A stretch of DNA of 64,000 bases from Rebecca billardiae RCC1528 (Eukaryota; Protista; Haptophyta): assembly GCA_965240325.2 (NCBI GenBank), contig OZ251241.1:1-64000 (forward strand), in the 5' to 3' direction. Below, piece after piece: positions 31,316-47,643 of this stretch. Within the stretch, counting starts at the first letter, position 1. Every line of letters starts with the position of its first letter. Below the pieces are notes generated by a model. That model ran no database searches and was not told where the DNA came from. It saw nothing but the letters and a program-made list of their open reading frames with translations. The position numbers and the translations under genes were made by a program.

Positions 31316-34300
31316 TCAGTCGTCCTTGGCGGCTGCGCCCGCGCGGCCGCACAGCGGACGGAAGCCGGTCAGCCCGGTGCGCGCGAGCTGCATGCTGCCC
31401 GTGACGACCATCAGCAGGCCGGAGCCGAGCAGCAGCGCCGCGAGGATGAAGACGAGCACGGACGTGCGGCCGAGCTTCGTCACCAGCGCCTTGGCGCCCT
31501 TCGTGCCCACCACCGCGCCGCACACGCCGACGAAGCAGTACCTGCGGACGGAGCGGTGAGGCGTGTGCGCGCGTGTGCGCGTGTGCTGAGGCCGCGCGGC
31601 GCGCAGCTGCTGCTTCTCGAGCACGGCCGTGCGCGCGCGGGGTGGTGCGGTGTGCGCGGTGTGTGCGCCCACCAGGAGGCGAACGAGGAGTCGAGCATCC
31701 CAAAGATGAGGAACTGCGCGATGGTGCACGAGCTCATCAGCAGCACCATCAGCGTCGACGTGGCCGAGGCGACCTGAGGCCGTGCGCGCGCACGCGGAGA
31801 GGGCGGAGAGGGCGGAGAGGGCGGAGAGGGCGGAGAGGGCGGAGAGGGCGGAGAGGGCGGAGAGGGCGGAGAGGGCGGAGAGGGCGGAGAGGGCGGAGAG
31901 GGCGGAGAGGGCGGAGAGGGCGGAGAGGGCGGAGAGGGCGGAGAGGGCGGAGAGGGCGGAGAGGGCGGAGAGGGCGGAGAGGGCGGAGAGGGCGGAGAGG
32001 GCGGAGAGGGCGGAGAGGGCGGAGGGGGCGCGGCACCGCAAGAGGCTCAGCGGCGCGCGCGGCGTGCGCGCGTGCGCCTGTGCCCGCGCCGTGTGCGCTG
32101 GGCGCGCGCGCGCGTGTGCCGGTGTGCCCGGCCCGCCCGGTGCGCACCTGCGGGTTCATCTGCAGCTCGAGGAAGATCGGCCCGAGCACCATCCCGCCGC
32201 CCACGCCCAGCAGCCCGGCCATGATCGCCGCCACGCCCACGACCCCGCACGCGTGCCGCACGCGCGTCTCGTTCCACACGACGTCGCCCTCGCAGTACTC
32301 GTACCCGAGCTGCGCGGAGGGGGGTGGGGTGAGGGGTAGGGGTGGGGTTAGGGCCACCCTCGCAGTACTCGTATCCGAGCTGCGCACCATCAGGGAGGCG
32401 AGGGCCGGGTGGGCCGCCGGCCGGCACGGCGCGCGGCGCGCAGCGCACGAGCGCGGCGCGTGCGGTGCGTGCGCGTGTGCGCGCGCACCGCCATCCGCTT
32501 GCGGTGCTCGTCGCACACGAGCGCGCCGCCCCACTTTGAGAGCAGCAGCAGCAGCGGCAGCCCCGACAGCACCACCAGCCTGGAGCCGACAGCGCAAGGA
32601 AGGGCGGGCGCGGCGGCTGAGGGCGCGCGCGCGCAGGCAGCGCGGGCAGCGCGCTGCGTGCGGCGCGTGCGCGCGCGCACCAGTAGGCGGCTGAGCCGCA
32701 CACGAGCCCTGCGCAGGCAGCACGGCCGCGCGCGGGCAGAGGCGGCGCGCCGCCGCGCGCCCGTCAGCACCCGGCGCGCGCCAGGCCGCGCGCGCCGCGT
32801 TCCCGCCGCGCGCCGCCCGCGTGCACGCGCGCGCGCGCGTGGGTTGGCAGCAGCAGCACACGCGCCGAGGACGGAGGGCATGCCGTGGCCGCCCTTGAGC
32901 AGCGCGTGCAGCACCACCACCAGCCACACGCGCGAGATCAGGTACAGCTGTGCACGCGCAGCCGCACGGCCGCACGGGGCGGGGGCGCGCGCGGGCGGCG
33001 CGTCCGTCAGCGCAGCCGGCCGCCGCCAGCCCCGGCGCGCGCGCTCGCTCGGGCTGAGCCACGCTCGCGCACGGCGCCGCGCGCGCGCGCACATAGTTCC
33101 ACGGCGTCTTGCCCTCGTGCTGCTGCAGCCGCTCGAGCTCTGCGCGCGCAGGGGCGAGGCGGCAGGGGTGCAGGGGTGCGCGGGGCGTGCGCCCACCTCA
33201 GCGCCTCGGCGATGGCCCGCGCCGCGCGCGCGCCCGCGCGCAAGGGCGCAAGGGCGCAAGGGCGCGCTTCACAGCCGCAGCGGCGCCTCCGCGCGGCGCA
33301 GGCGCACGCGCGCTCGGTGTCGCGCCCGCGCGCGCACCCGCCGCCATCGCCGCCTCCTCGGGGCCCAAGTCCGCCCCCGGTCCGCCGCCCGCGCCCGCGC
33401 CGCCCGCGCCCGCGCCTCCCGCGCCCGCGCCGCCCGGCCCGATCAGCTCGACGCCGTCTGCGCCCGCGCCAGAGCCGCCGCCGCCGCCAGCCGGCCCGCC
33501 GATGCCGGGTGCGCCGCCGCCCACGCGCGCGACACCCGGCGCGAGCGAGGTCGAGCGCTTCACCGCGCCCCCCGCCGCCTCGGCCGCGGCCGCGCGCCTG
33601 TGCTGTGCGGCTGCTCGGACGCAGCGCGCGGCGGCGCCGGCGGCGCGCGCGGGCGTCACGTCCTTCGCGCCATCGGCGCGCGCGGCGGAGCGGCCGCGCT
33701 CGCGCTCGCGGCGCGGGGCGCGCGCGTCGGGCGCGCACCGAGCACGGGCGTCGACTCCGAGTCCGCCGCGCTCTCCTCGCCCTCCGAGCGCGCGCGCGCC
33801 AGGTGCGGGTTTGGGGCGTCAGAGCCGCTGCCACGCGCCGCGCGCGCCTCGGCGTCCGCCTCGCGCCTCGCCGCCTTCGCCTCCTCGCGCGCGGCCGACT
33901 CCCGGTCGTACGCCTTGAGGCCCGTGTGCAGCGTGCGCCGCCCCGTGTAGCCGCACAGCGCCACCAGCAGCAGCATGATCAGCCAGTTGGGGCACACCTG
34001 CCGCGGACGCGGCGGCACACGCCAGCGTGCAGCCGCGCGGCGCGCGGGCGCGCTGAGCGCGCGCGCGCCCGCTGGCTCGCGCGCCCCTCCGCGCCGCGCG
34101 CGCTGTCCGCCGTGCGCCCACCTTGTTGAGGTACACGCCCACGGTCACGCCCGCCAGCGTCATCGGCAGCAGGATCACCGCCGCGTCGTACGCGATGCAG
34201 TGGCGGCGCGGGCTGAGCGGGTGCGGCATCGATCCAAAGTTGAAGAAGACGGAGAAGGCAGAGCCGCCGAAGATGGTCGCGATCGAGAGCGGGATCGCCT

Positions 34301-35165
34301 CGTGCTCCGTGAAGCCGCCGAGCATCGTGAAGAGCGGCACGAGCACCGCGCCGCCGCCGATGCCGGCCGCGGACGCCATCACCACCGCCAGGAAGATCGC
34401 CACGGTGGTGGCCACGTCCTCCCGCCCTGCGCGCACAGCGCAGGGGCGGGCGGGGGGGGGGGCACGCGGCGGCGGGCTCGGCGGCGGGCGCGGGCGGGCG
34501 GGCGCGCTACGCACGCGCCCATGCGCCGGCCGACCCCGGGCGGGCGGCATCCGGGGTGCAGCCGCTGCGCGCCTGCGCGCTGTGCGCTTGCGCGCTGTGC
34601 GCCTCACCGAGCGGCCAGAGCGTCTTCTTGCGCGTGTGCGGGTGGAAGTGGACGAGGCAGTGCTTGGCGCAGGACGGGCCGCCGCACTCGCCCGAGCACT
34701 CCTGCAAGGCGCAGGCCGCGCCGCGCGCGCACGGCGGCGGAGGATGCGTGGGTGCCGGCCGACGCGCGCGCGAGCGCGCTCGTCCGCGCCCCTCTGCCTG
34801 CGCACCTCACACGTCGTCGTGCACTCGGGGTAGACGGCGCAGCGCTGCGTGGTGTTGCACCAGCCGCAGCCACTGAGCTCGGCGCACGCGCACACGGAGC
34901 GCGCGGCGGGGCACGTGTCGATGCACGTCGCCGCGCACGCCGGGCACGACGGGCTCGTGGCGGCGCCGGTCGCGTACGGGCACTCGCGGCATGTGGTCGT
35001 GCAGACGGGCGCCTTGCGGCAGCTCGAGGAGGAGGAGCACCAGCCGCAGTGCACGCCGAGGGCGGAGCAGGCGCACACGTCCTTTGCCGAGTCGCACGCC
35101 GCGTCGGCTGTCGCGTGGCCCGCCGGCGAGCCCAGAGCAAGGGCGAATGCGAGCACGGCCGCCAT
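31316..35165 (-). CDS. TauE/SafE (TSUP) sulfite-exporter-family transporter with Cys-rich N-terminal repeats; multi-exon
   Basis: ASAAGIGGGAVLVP, AIPLS, HP...IAYDAAVILLPMTLAG; second half AGLLGVGGGMVLGPIFLELQMNPQV..ATST.MVL.MSS. Not all internal exon borders were resolved. Confidence 0.88.
31794..32024. repeat. Intronic 9-bp tandem repeat (GCGGAGAGG), ~25 copies
   Basis: Perfect array inside an intron of the TauE gene. Confidence 0.95.
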
Positions 35166-36245
35166 CCGCGCGGCCTCCGTCGATGACGACAGACGAGCTG
35201 GGTACGTACGCGGCCGGCCGGCCCAAAGACTGCCTGGTGGAGCCGGAAGATCATTTTTCGTGCGCGGGCCACGGTTCGGCTTTTGCGCGGAACACTCGAA
35301 CACCGATGACGTCCGTCCCCTTGCGCCCGGCCCCGACGAAAGATGGGAAGCGCTGGGCTGCCCGACTGCACCTCATGCCGTGCTCTGAGACGATCTTGCG
35401 CCCCGGCAGGAAGCGACGCCGCAGCCAATAGGGCTCGCGCAGGTGGTTGCGTATACCGTGGGCTGCCCGGTGCCGTCTCAACACAGGCGAATGACGCGGA
35501 CACATGCAGCGACCGCAGCAAACGGACCCGGCTGGACAGCCTGCGGTATCAGCGCTCTTTTCTGATGGCCACGCAGTAGCTGAATCGTCTCCAGCTCGGC
35601 GTGCGCTTCGGCTGAGCGCCTCCGGCCGTGTGCCACGCTATGCCACACCGCGGATAGTCAGATAGCTCTGCCTTGCCCTTTGCCGCCGCCATCCGTGGCG
35701 TAATGCGCGCTACAGGTTGCGGGCCGAGTCTCTGTCAAGATTAGATGGCGAATGACCACGCGCTAAGCTTCGCACGGAGCATGGCGACAGCGCGGCTGCT
35801 CTACGCGCACAGCCGCGCACGTACGTGGTCGAAGCCCGGCTATCTATCCGCGCGATGGCAGGCGGCGTCGCGGCCGGCCACGGCGCCACGGCCGGGCGCG
35901 CGGTGACGTCCGGGCTGTTCGCGAGCACTGAGCAATCATGCACAGGACTGGGTACTGTACGGGTCGCCTCGGAAAGTCGTTCAGGTCCAGGACTGCACGA
36001 CAAAAGCGGCGTGCCCGTTCACGTCGCCGCTCATAAACCAGTCGACCCGTCCGCTTTCGTAGCTGCAAGAGCCATCAGGGCCGGAAAAATTGGGGCACGT
36101 TGGGGCTTCTCCGCTCGGTCGGCGATCTACCGCCTACGGCGGTGGCTTCGCCACGACTCTGAACTCGCACGCCCAGACACAGGCTTCCCACGAACGCCAC
36201 ATTCCGCACCCCACGCCCACGGGACCGACACGCAGCCCGCGCGGG

Positions 36246-37136
36246 ATGAGCGCGGGGAAGCGCGACGAGGAAGCGCAGCGTGCGCCGTGCGAGGAGGGCG
36301 TGCGATGGCCGGCCTCGCGTCGGCGAGCGCTCGGTGCCGCCGCGCTCGGCGCCACCGCGCTCTCAGCCGCGTGCGTGCTCGTGCTCGCCAGCGGCAGTTC
36401 ATCAGTGCCGTCCGCGGCAAAGGAGCACGAGCTCGGCCCCGGCGGACTGTGCGAGATCGATCGGCTGCAGGACGCGTGGCGCATCTCAGATGATCTCAAG
36501 TCCGGCCACTACGGGCAGTGCGCGCAGATCTGCCTCAACCCGCACCTGAAGACGGTCGCGGGCCACCACGGCGTGCAGTACGGCTCCACGTGTGAGAAGC
36601 AGGGCTGCACACAGCCCGCGGGCACGGACAAGCGCGCGGGGCAGCCGATCTTCTTCTTCAGCTGCGCGAACGGGACGCTGCTGCCGCCGCTGCCGCCGCC
36701 CGACACGCACCACTCGCGCTCGCACACCGACGCCCATGCCCACGGCAGCGACGCCAACGCAACCGATGCAACCGATGCGGACGATGACGATGACGCTGAC
36801 GCGCACCCACATGGGCCGCGCGCGCGGCGCGGGACACGGCGCGAGGAGCACGCCTCGCGGCACGAGGCCCGGCGGCACGAGCGTCACGACTTCCCGGCGC
36901 CGAACGCGGACGAGAAGGCGGCCAAGCTGCTCACCGCCGAGGCGCTCGAGGAGCTGACGGACGGCTTCTACGAGCGGCGCGCGGCCGCACACCGCGACGC
37001 GGCGCGAGAGGACGCGCATAGGGCTCGGCACCACCGGCGGGAGGCACGGCGGGCGAGCAGGTACAGCAGCGCACGCGGCGCGGGTGCGGAGGCGCGACAG
37101 CCACTGTCTGCCGCTGCAGAGCGCTGGGCGGTCTGA
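36246..37136 (+). CDS. Hypothetical single-pass membrane protein with a small Cys-containing domain and His/Asp/Arg-rich tail
   Basis: TM ALGAAALGATALSAACVLVLA; six-Cys globular segment; codon pattern looks coding. Confidence 0.65.
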   Translation: MSAGKRDEEAQRAPCEEGVRWPASRRRALGAAALGATALSAACVLVLASGSSSVPSAAKEHELGPGGLCEIDRLQDAWRISDDLKSGHYGQCAQICLNPHLKTVAGHHGVQYGSTCEKQGCTQPAGTDKRAGQPIFFFSCANGTLLPPLPPPDTHHSRSHTDAHAHGSDANATDATDADDDDDADAHPHGPRARRGTRREEHASRHEARRHERHDFPAPNADEKAAKLLTAEALEELTDGFYERRAAAHRDAAREDAHRARHHRREARRASRYSSARGAGAEARQPLSAAAERWAV

Positions 37137-37565
37137 GCGCGGCAATGCGTCGCATGGCGTCACGCGGCAGCTGCGCAGCGCGGCGGCCTCGCCCTCGGGC
37201 TCGGCCTCGGACCTGTCGGACACCGTCGGTTATCCGCTAGCTGGTCAGAGCCGCGGCGGCGGAGCCGGAAGGCGCTGGCACCGCGCGGGCGCAATCATCC
37301 CGGGCACACGCATGCATATAGAGCCGTCACCGCGTCGATACATGTACGGGCGTCCAGCGAGTCCGCGGGCCCGTCGACCGCTGCTGCCAGGCGGGACCGT
37401 CTCGGCTCTGCGGTTGAACTCGTCAGGCTCAAGCCGCCGCCGCCAACAAAACGCTGCCGTGTCGTCGATCGTTTCATCGGAATCCGCCGCCATTCGCAGC
37501 GCCGGAAATCTATGGGAATTACAGAGGTAAGAGAATCTCCGTGATATGAATCTTTCGCCGCGAGA

Positions 37566-38492
37566 ATGATGGCGGACGCCGCGCAGCCCTGGCGCCTCCT
37601 CTTCACGCTGCTCGATGCGGGGTCGGCGGCCCTGCGCGCCGGCGGAATCCCCCGCGCGAGTGTACGCGTGCGCCTGGGCGACGCGTACGCGCGCGAGCCC
37701 CATCCCACCGACGCCGAGATCGAGCGCGTGTGGACCGAGCGGCGCGCGCAGAACGAGCGGCTGTACGACGCGACCAAGTACCGGCTTGCGGCCGTGCGCG
37801 CGGCGGACGGTAGGTGCGAGCTGGACCTCGGGCTGACAAGCTACCGCGAGTACCTCGGCACGCATACTGGCGCGTCCCATGCCGCGCTCGTCGCGGACGG
37901 CGCGCGCGCGGGCGACGAGCTGCGCCACCTCTCGTGCGCGCTCGGCGTGGAGACGGTGCTCGTCACGGCTGACGAGCACATGGTGGTGCTCCGCCGCAGC
38001 CGCGCCGTGGCGACGCACGCGGGGCTGTACAACGGGCCGAGCGGCCACCCCGAGCCCGCGCGCGCCGCGGCGGCGCTCGCGGCTGCCCCCGCCGCCGACG
38101 GCACGTCGAGCGACGTGCAGGCGGCCGCAGCGTTGGCCGAGCTCTTTGACTCGGTCTCGCTCGAGACGCACGAGGAGACGAACGTGCCGCTGTCGGCGCT
38201 CGGAGAGCCGAGGCTGATCGGCGCGATGCTCGACGAGAGGCTCAAGCCGGACCTCCTCTTCTGCACGCGCACGACGCTCGACGCTGAGCAGGTCAGGGAC
38301 GCCTTCCGCAGAGGTGCGCCCGACGCGTGGGAGTCGAGCGGGCTGGTCACCGTGCCGCCTGACGGCGCGGGCGGCTGGGACGTTAGCACGCTCGGCCTCG
38401 AGCTGACAGCGGTGACGCAGGCGGCCGTGGAGTGCATGCGCGTGCTGCAGCGCCATCGCGGGGGCATGGCCGCCGACGGCGCCTCGTCCTGA
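37566..38492 (+). CDS. NUDT22: NUDT22-like Nudix hydrolase (UDP-sugar pyrophosphatase family)
   Basis: W..R...RLYDATKYRL, LGLTSYREYLGT, ALGV..VLVTAD..VVLRRS..V, GHPEP, ELFDS..LETHEETN. Confidence 0.85.
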   Translation: MMADAAQPWRLLFTLLDAGSAALRAGGIPRASVRVRLGDAYAREPHPTDAEIERVWTERRAQNERLYDATKYRLAAVRAADGRCELDLGLTSYREYLGTHTGASHAALVADGARAGDELRHLSCALGVETVLVTADEHMVVLRRSRAVATHAGLYNGPSGHPEPARAAAALAAAPAADGTSSDVQAAAALAELFDSVSLETHEETNVPLSALGEPRLIGAMLDERLKPDLLFCTRTTLDAEQVRDAFRRGAPDAWESSGLVTVPPDGAGGWDVSTLGLELTAVTQAAVECMRVLQRHRGGMAADGASS

Positions 38493-39093
38493 TCCGATGC
38501 GCCACTGCCCACTCGCGGCGGGACGAGTCACCGACGAGTCACTGAGTCTGATGACCAGTCAGTCAGGTCCGCGTGCGGCGCGGCCCCGAGCCTCATCACG
38601 GGTCCATCGCAGCGGACATCATCGTTGCCATCAGCAGTAGTTGAAACAGCGGCGCGGTGCTGACGCCACTACGACAACCTTGACGGCGCGCGCCATTAGC
38701 CCCGCGGTCCGCCGGCCCCGCCGCGGTCCGACGCGGGCCGCGGAGCAGTGCCGGAGGCAGCACGGTCGGCGGCAGCTCGATCGTCCGTGAACGGCCTGAC
38801 CAGTGGCAGTGACCGAGCGGCGACAGGACTCCGAGGAGTCCCGATCTCGGGGCTGCGGAACGTGCGGAACCGTGAGTGAGCGTATATTATTATTAATATA
38901 TATATATAATATAATAAGTAGCAGCAGTAAGTAAGATCGGCGGTGCTGACAGACAGGCCGTATGCTCTGCCGCCGACCGCGCCAACCGTCCAACGCCGAC
39001 TTCGTGTCGACGATCGGGCATCACTGCCGCCGACGAATCAGGAGACCCGCGTCGTCCTAGTCCTACCTGTGTCGTTATAAATCATCATATCTA

Positions 39094-43955
<4,862 letters not shown>

Positions 43956-43962
43956 TAGAATA

Positions 43963-43964
<2 letters not shown>

Positions 43965-44024
<60 letters not shown>
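43965..44024. repeat. (TA)n tract flanking the retrotransposon 5' end
   Basis: Direct. Confidence 0.95.
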
Positions 44025-44026
<2 letters not shown>

Positions 44027-44336
44027 GCATGATAGTATATAGCGCCAGCACTAGCAGTATCATCATCATCAGGCTGGCAGGCTTCGGCATCACGGCGTCG
44101 TCCGAGTAGTCGGTCACTAGCAGCACGACTGACGAGATGAATAATAATGAGCAGACTGCCTGCTCATGCTGGCCTCGGGCCAGCCGCGGCAGCCGCCCAT
44201 TAGCCCGCTGCTGCCGCCTGCTGCGGCCCGGCGCGCAGGCGGACAATGCCACCGGAATCACATACATCAATCAGCCGAGCGCCGTAATCACCGTCATCCG
44301 GATTAAATATCATACCGCAGGCGAGACGAAGCACGG

Positions 44337-45224
44337 CTAGGCCACTGCCCCGGGGCCTGCCTTCAGCGCGGTGACGAACATCGTGTCACCGACGCGTCGC
44401 CTGCGCGGGTAGGCGAGGGTGCGGCGCGCGCGGTCGATCCCGAGGTCGGCCACGCTGGTGGCCTCAGCCGCCCAGCCGTACTGCTGCAGCAGCGCGGGCG
44501 GGTTGTCGTGGGCCCAGAGCCACGGGCAGCCTCGGCGCTTGAGGTCATCCAGCAGCCACGAGCCCTGCATGTCGCGCAGCGTGCGGCTGCTGACCAGGTC
44601 CATGAAGAGCGCGGAGCCCGGCTGCGCCAGCGTCGAGGCCTTGTGGAAGAGCGAGAGGACCGCCCTCTCCGGCAGGTAGTACACGAGGCCCTCGAGGATC
44701 CAGATCGCTGGGCTGTGCGCGTCGAAGCCGGCGTCGAGCAGCGCACGCTCCCAGTCCGTGTGCACGGCGCCGCTGCCCGCGGCGTCGAAGTCCACCTGCA
44801 CGATGCGCCTGTCCACGCGCGCGCGCTCCTCCGGCCGCACCATCGGCTTGAGGATCGGCTCCTTCAGCGCGAAGATCTCCGGCTTGTCCACCTCGAAGAA
44901 GACAGTGCCGGGGGGCAGGGGCAGACGGTATGCCCGCGTGTCCATGCCTGCGCCCAGATCAACCACCTGACGAACCGCGCCATCCGCGCACGCCCGAAGT
45001 AGCCAGTCGTCAATGAAGCGCGTGCGGCTGACCGCGATCGGCATCGGCTCCGAGCTGCCGCCGTTGAAGGCGTAGCCCTCCTGCCCGGCAAGCGCATCGG
45101 CGAAGCGGTCGATGAAGAGCGAGTCGGGTCGCTTGGACTCGAGAGCGCGGTTCGCCGCGATCCACCGCGCCGTAGAGGCGACGGCGTCGCCCACGGTGAG
45201 CAGCGCGAGGGCCGACGACGTCAT
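44337..45224 (-). CDS. SAM-dependent methyltransferase, LCM (leucine carboxyl methyltransferase)-domain family
   Basis: TARWIAANRALE..LFIDRFA, RTRFID, QVVDLGAGMDTRAYRL, FEVD, WILEGLVYYL. Confidence 0.9.
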   Translation of the reverse strand: MTSSALALLTVGDAVASTARWIAANRALESKRPDSLFIDRFADALAGQEGYAFNGGSSEPMPIAVSRTRFIDDWLLRACADGAVRQVVDLGAGMDTRAYRLPLPPGTVFFEVDKPEIFALKEPILKPMVRPEERARVDRRIVQVDFDAAGSGAVHTDWERALLDAGFDAHSPAIWILEGLVYYLPERAVLSLFHKASTLAQPGSALFMDLVSSRTLRDMQGSWLLDDLKRRGCPWLWAHDNPPALLQQYGWAAEATSVADLGIDRARRTLAYPRRRRVGDTMFVTALKAGPGAVA

Positions 45225-45570
45225 GATCGAGAGTCGAACCTTCCAACGAATTCGGGACGACCGTTCGCCAGTCAGCCGGAAGCCGGAGCGGCAGCAGCCG
45301 TGCCACCGGACCTCAAGAACTACTGCTGCGATGGCGGTCGGTTGATGAGTATGGGGGATATGAGAATATGCCGACAAATATGATGTACATACTTCAAGCG
45401 GTGACAGTCGTAGTATCATGGCGCAGAAAGCGCAGTGTCGTTACAAGTAGGACGCAGAGCCAAGGCTGCCAGCTTTCGGCGAAGCCCTGCAGCCGCCAGC
45501 CACGCCAAGACCGCGCAAGTGCTGCCCGCACGAGGGGCGAGGCCACCGTGGTAGGCCCGCAGACAGCCGC

Positions 45571-47148
45571 TCACCACGGCACCAGCGCCGAGCGCGGCCC
45601 GATCATGCCGCGCAGCCGATGCTGCTCGCCGCCAATGTGCGCGGCGCGCTCGGCGGGCGACACTTTGATCAGCCAGCTGTAGAAGCTGCGGGACGCAGGG
45701 CGCGCGCATACGCGCCGCGGCGTTGGGGTTGACGGCGGCGCGCATGAGCGAGCGCTCGTGCGGCGCGCTCGCGTCGGCGCGCCCGCGGCGCGCGCGCGCG
45801 TGCGTGGGCGCGCACCGCAGCACGATGCGGCACATGTAGACCTCGAGCAGCAGCAGCAGTAACCTCCAGATGTTCGGGCGGAGGTACGTGGTGAACGCGT
45901 TGTAACCGACCATCACCACCGAGTACGTCGCGTACACCTGCGCGCGGCGGCGCGCACCGCGCGTGAGCGCCGCGCCGGGTGCGCGCGGCGCGCGCGGGGC
46001 GCGGCCGCACCGCGACCAGCCGGGGCTCGTAGCGCGCGGCGCCGAGGTAGCCGGCGAGCGGCGGCGCGGCGGCGATCAGGCCGAGGTAGCGCCACTGCGG
46101 GCCAAGCAGCGCTGCGGCCGTGCCGAGCAGAGACTCGACCTGCGCCCGCGGTCGGAGGGCGGCGCGCGCGCGGACGGCGCGGCCACGGCATCGGCAGCGG
46201 CGGTGTCAGCGCGGGCCTCGGCGGCAGCGGCCGCGCTGGCGCGCGGCGGCACTGCCCGGCGGGCGCCCCGGGGCGCGCAGCGGCGGCGGCGGCGCGCACC
46301 ACGACGATGAAGATGTCGATCGCCGAGAACCACTTGGTCACGCGCGCGAGCGCGTGCAGCCCCGCGGACGTGCCGGCGGCGGGCGGCCGCTGCTGCGCCA
46401 GCTCGGCCACGCGCTCGGCTGCGCCGCCCTCCGCGCCCTGCGCCTCCACAGGGCCGGCGCGTGGCGGCTGGCCGTCCGGGTGGGCGGCGCCGTCGGCTGG
46501 GTCGGCCGGGGCGCGGAGCGGGTACACGCCCGCCCCGCGCCCCTCCTCCGCCGCCCGCCCCTCCGCCCCCTCGCCACGCGGGACGTCGCCGCCGCTGCCG
46601 GCGGGCGGCATCGCCTGGCCGGGCAGTCGCCACAGCGCACCACCGCCCTCCGCGCCCTCGCGGTACGCGCGGAGGCGGTTGGCGCCCGAGTCGGGGGGGA
46701 TGAGGCCGTCGACGTACGGGTAGCTGCCCGCGCCAGCGACGCGCGCACGCAGACGCGGCAGGGCGCGCGGGGCGCGGAGGCCCTCAGCGCGCACGCGGCG
46801 CGGGGCGGGACGGCGCGCCCGCTGGACCCGGCCGTGCGCGAGCGCGCGGCGCGCACACCTGACGGTCGTGCACACGGAGCAGATGATGCCATGGCGCCGC
46901 ACGTCAGGCACGAGGGGAAACTGCACCACCAGCCCGCAGCCCGAGCAGCGCACATGGAGCACCACCGGCTCGTCCGCCGCTCCGGCCGCAGCGGCCGCGG
47001 CCCTCTCGTCCGCCGACTGCACGGGCATCGCGAGCATGGGCGGCGGGGTGTTGCCCGCGGCCGTGTCGTCGCCCGGATTCTGCACGGCGATGACCACCGA
47101 CGCGTCGTACTCCGACGCGGACAGGCGCGGCTCGCGGTCCGCCCCCAT
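45571..47148 (-). CDS. Hypothetical multi-pass membrane protein with an N-terminal CxxC..CxxC zinc ribbon; multi-exon
   Basis: RCSGC...ICSVC, then hydrophobic exons (KWFSAIDIFIVV; VYATYSVVMVGYNAF; WRLLLLLLEVYMC). Inferred splice to FYSWLIK...VPW*. Confidence 0.6.
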
Positions 47149-47643
47149 GGCGGGCGGCGGGCGAGCTCGCTCTGGGCCTCGCCCAGCTTCCACTTCTTGG
47201 CGCCGAGCCGGAGGGATCTGCCCACCGGACCGGCACGGCCGCGCACCCTCAGCGCGCACGATTGTACATATTCCGGCCTTTGACTGTACACTCAGCGCCG
47301 CGGAAAGTGTCGCATGACAGTCATGGTCGTCATACTGATTCCCACTCCCCCACGGTCAGAGCGAACGATGGAGTCGTACACTGCTGCTGAAGGGGCACGG
47401 GCGCTGGGCAGGGCGACGACATATACTCATACCATGTACGGGCCGTATACGGCCCGCGCGCAGCGTATTACCATGCGAGCGCGCTGATGATGATTCAGCA
47501 CTGAGCGCTGATATATTATTATATGATGAATGATGATGATCGATTAGATATATATATATGAATATAATAATGAAGATCACCGACAGACTGAGTGACAGCG
47601 CGGCCCGGCGGCTACACTATTCACTAACACTCACGCTTACACT

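Noticed and set aside
31573-32339. (SAL)n, (AER)n and (RRG)n repeat proteins
   Set aside because: The 9-bp repeat lies inside an intron of the TauE gene.
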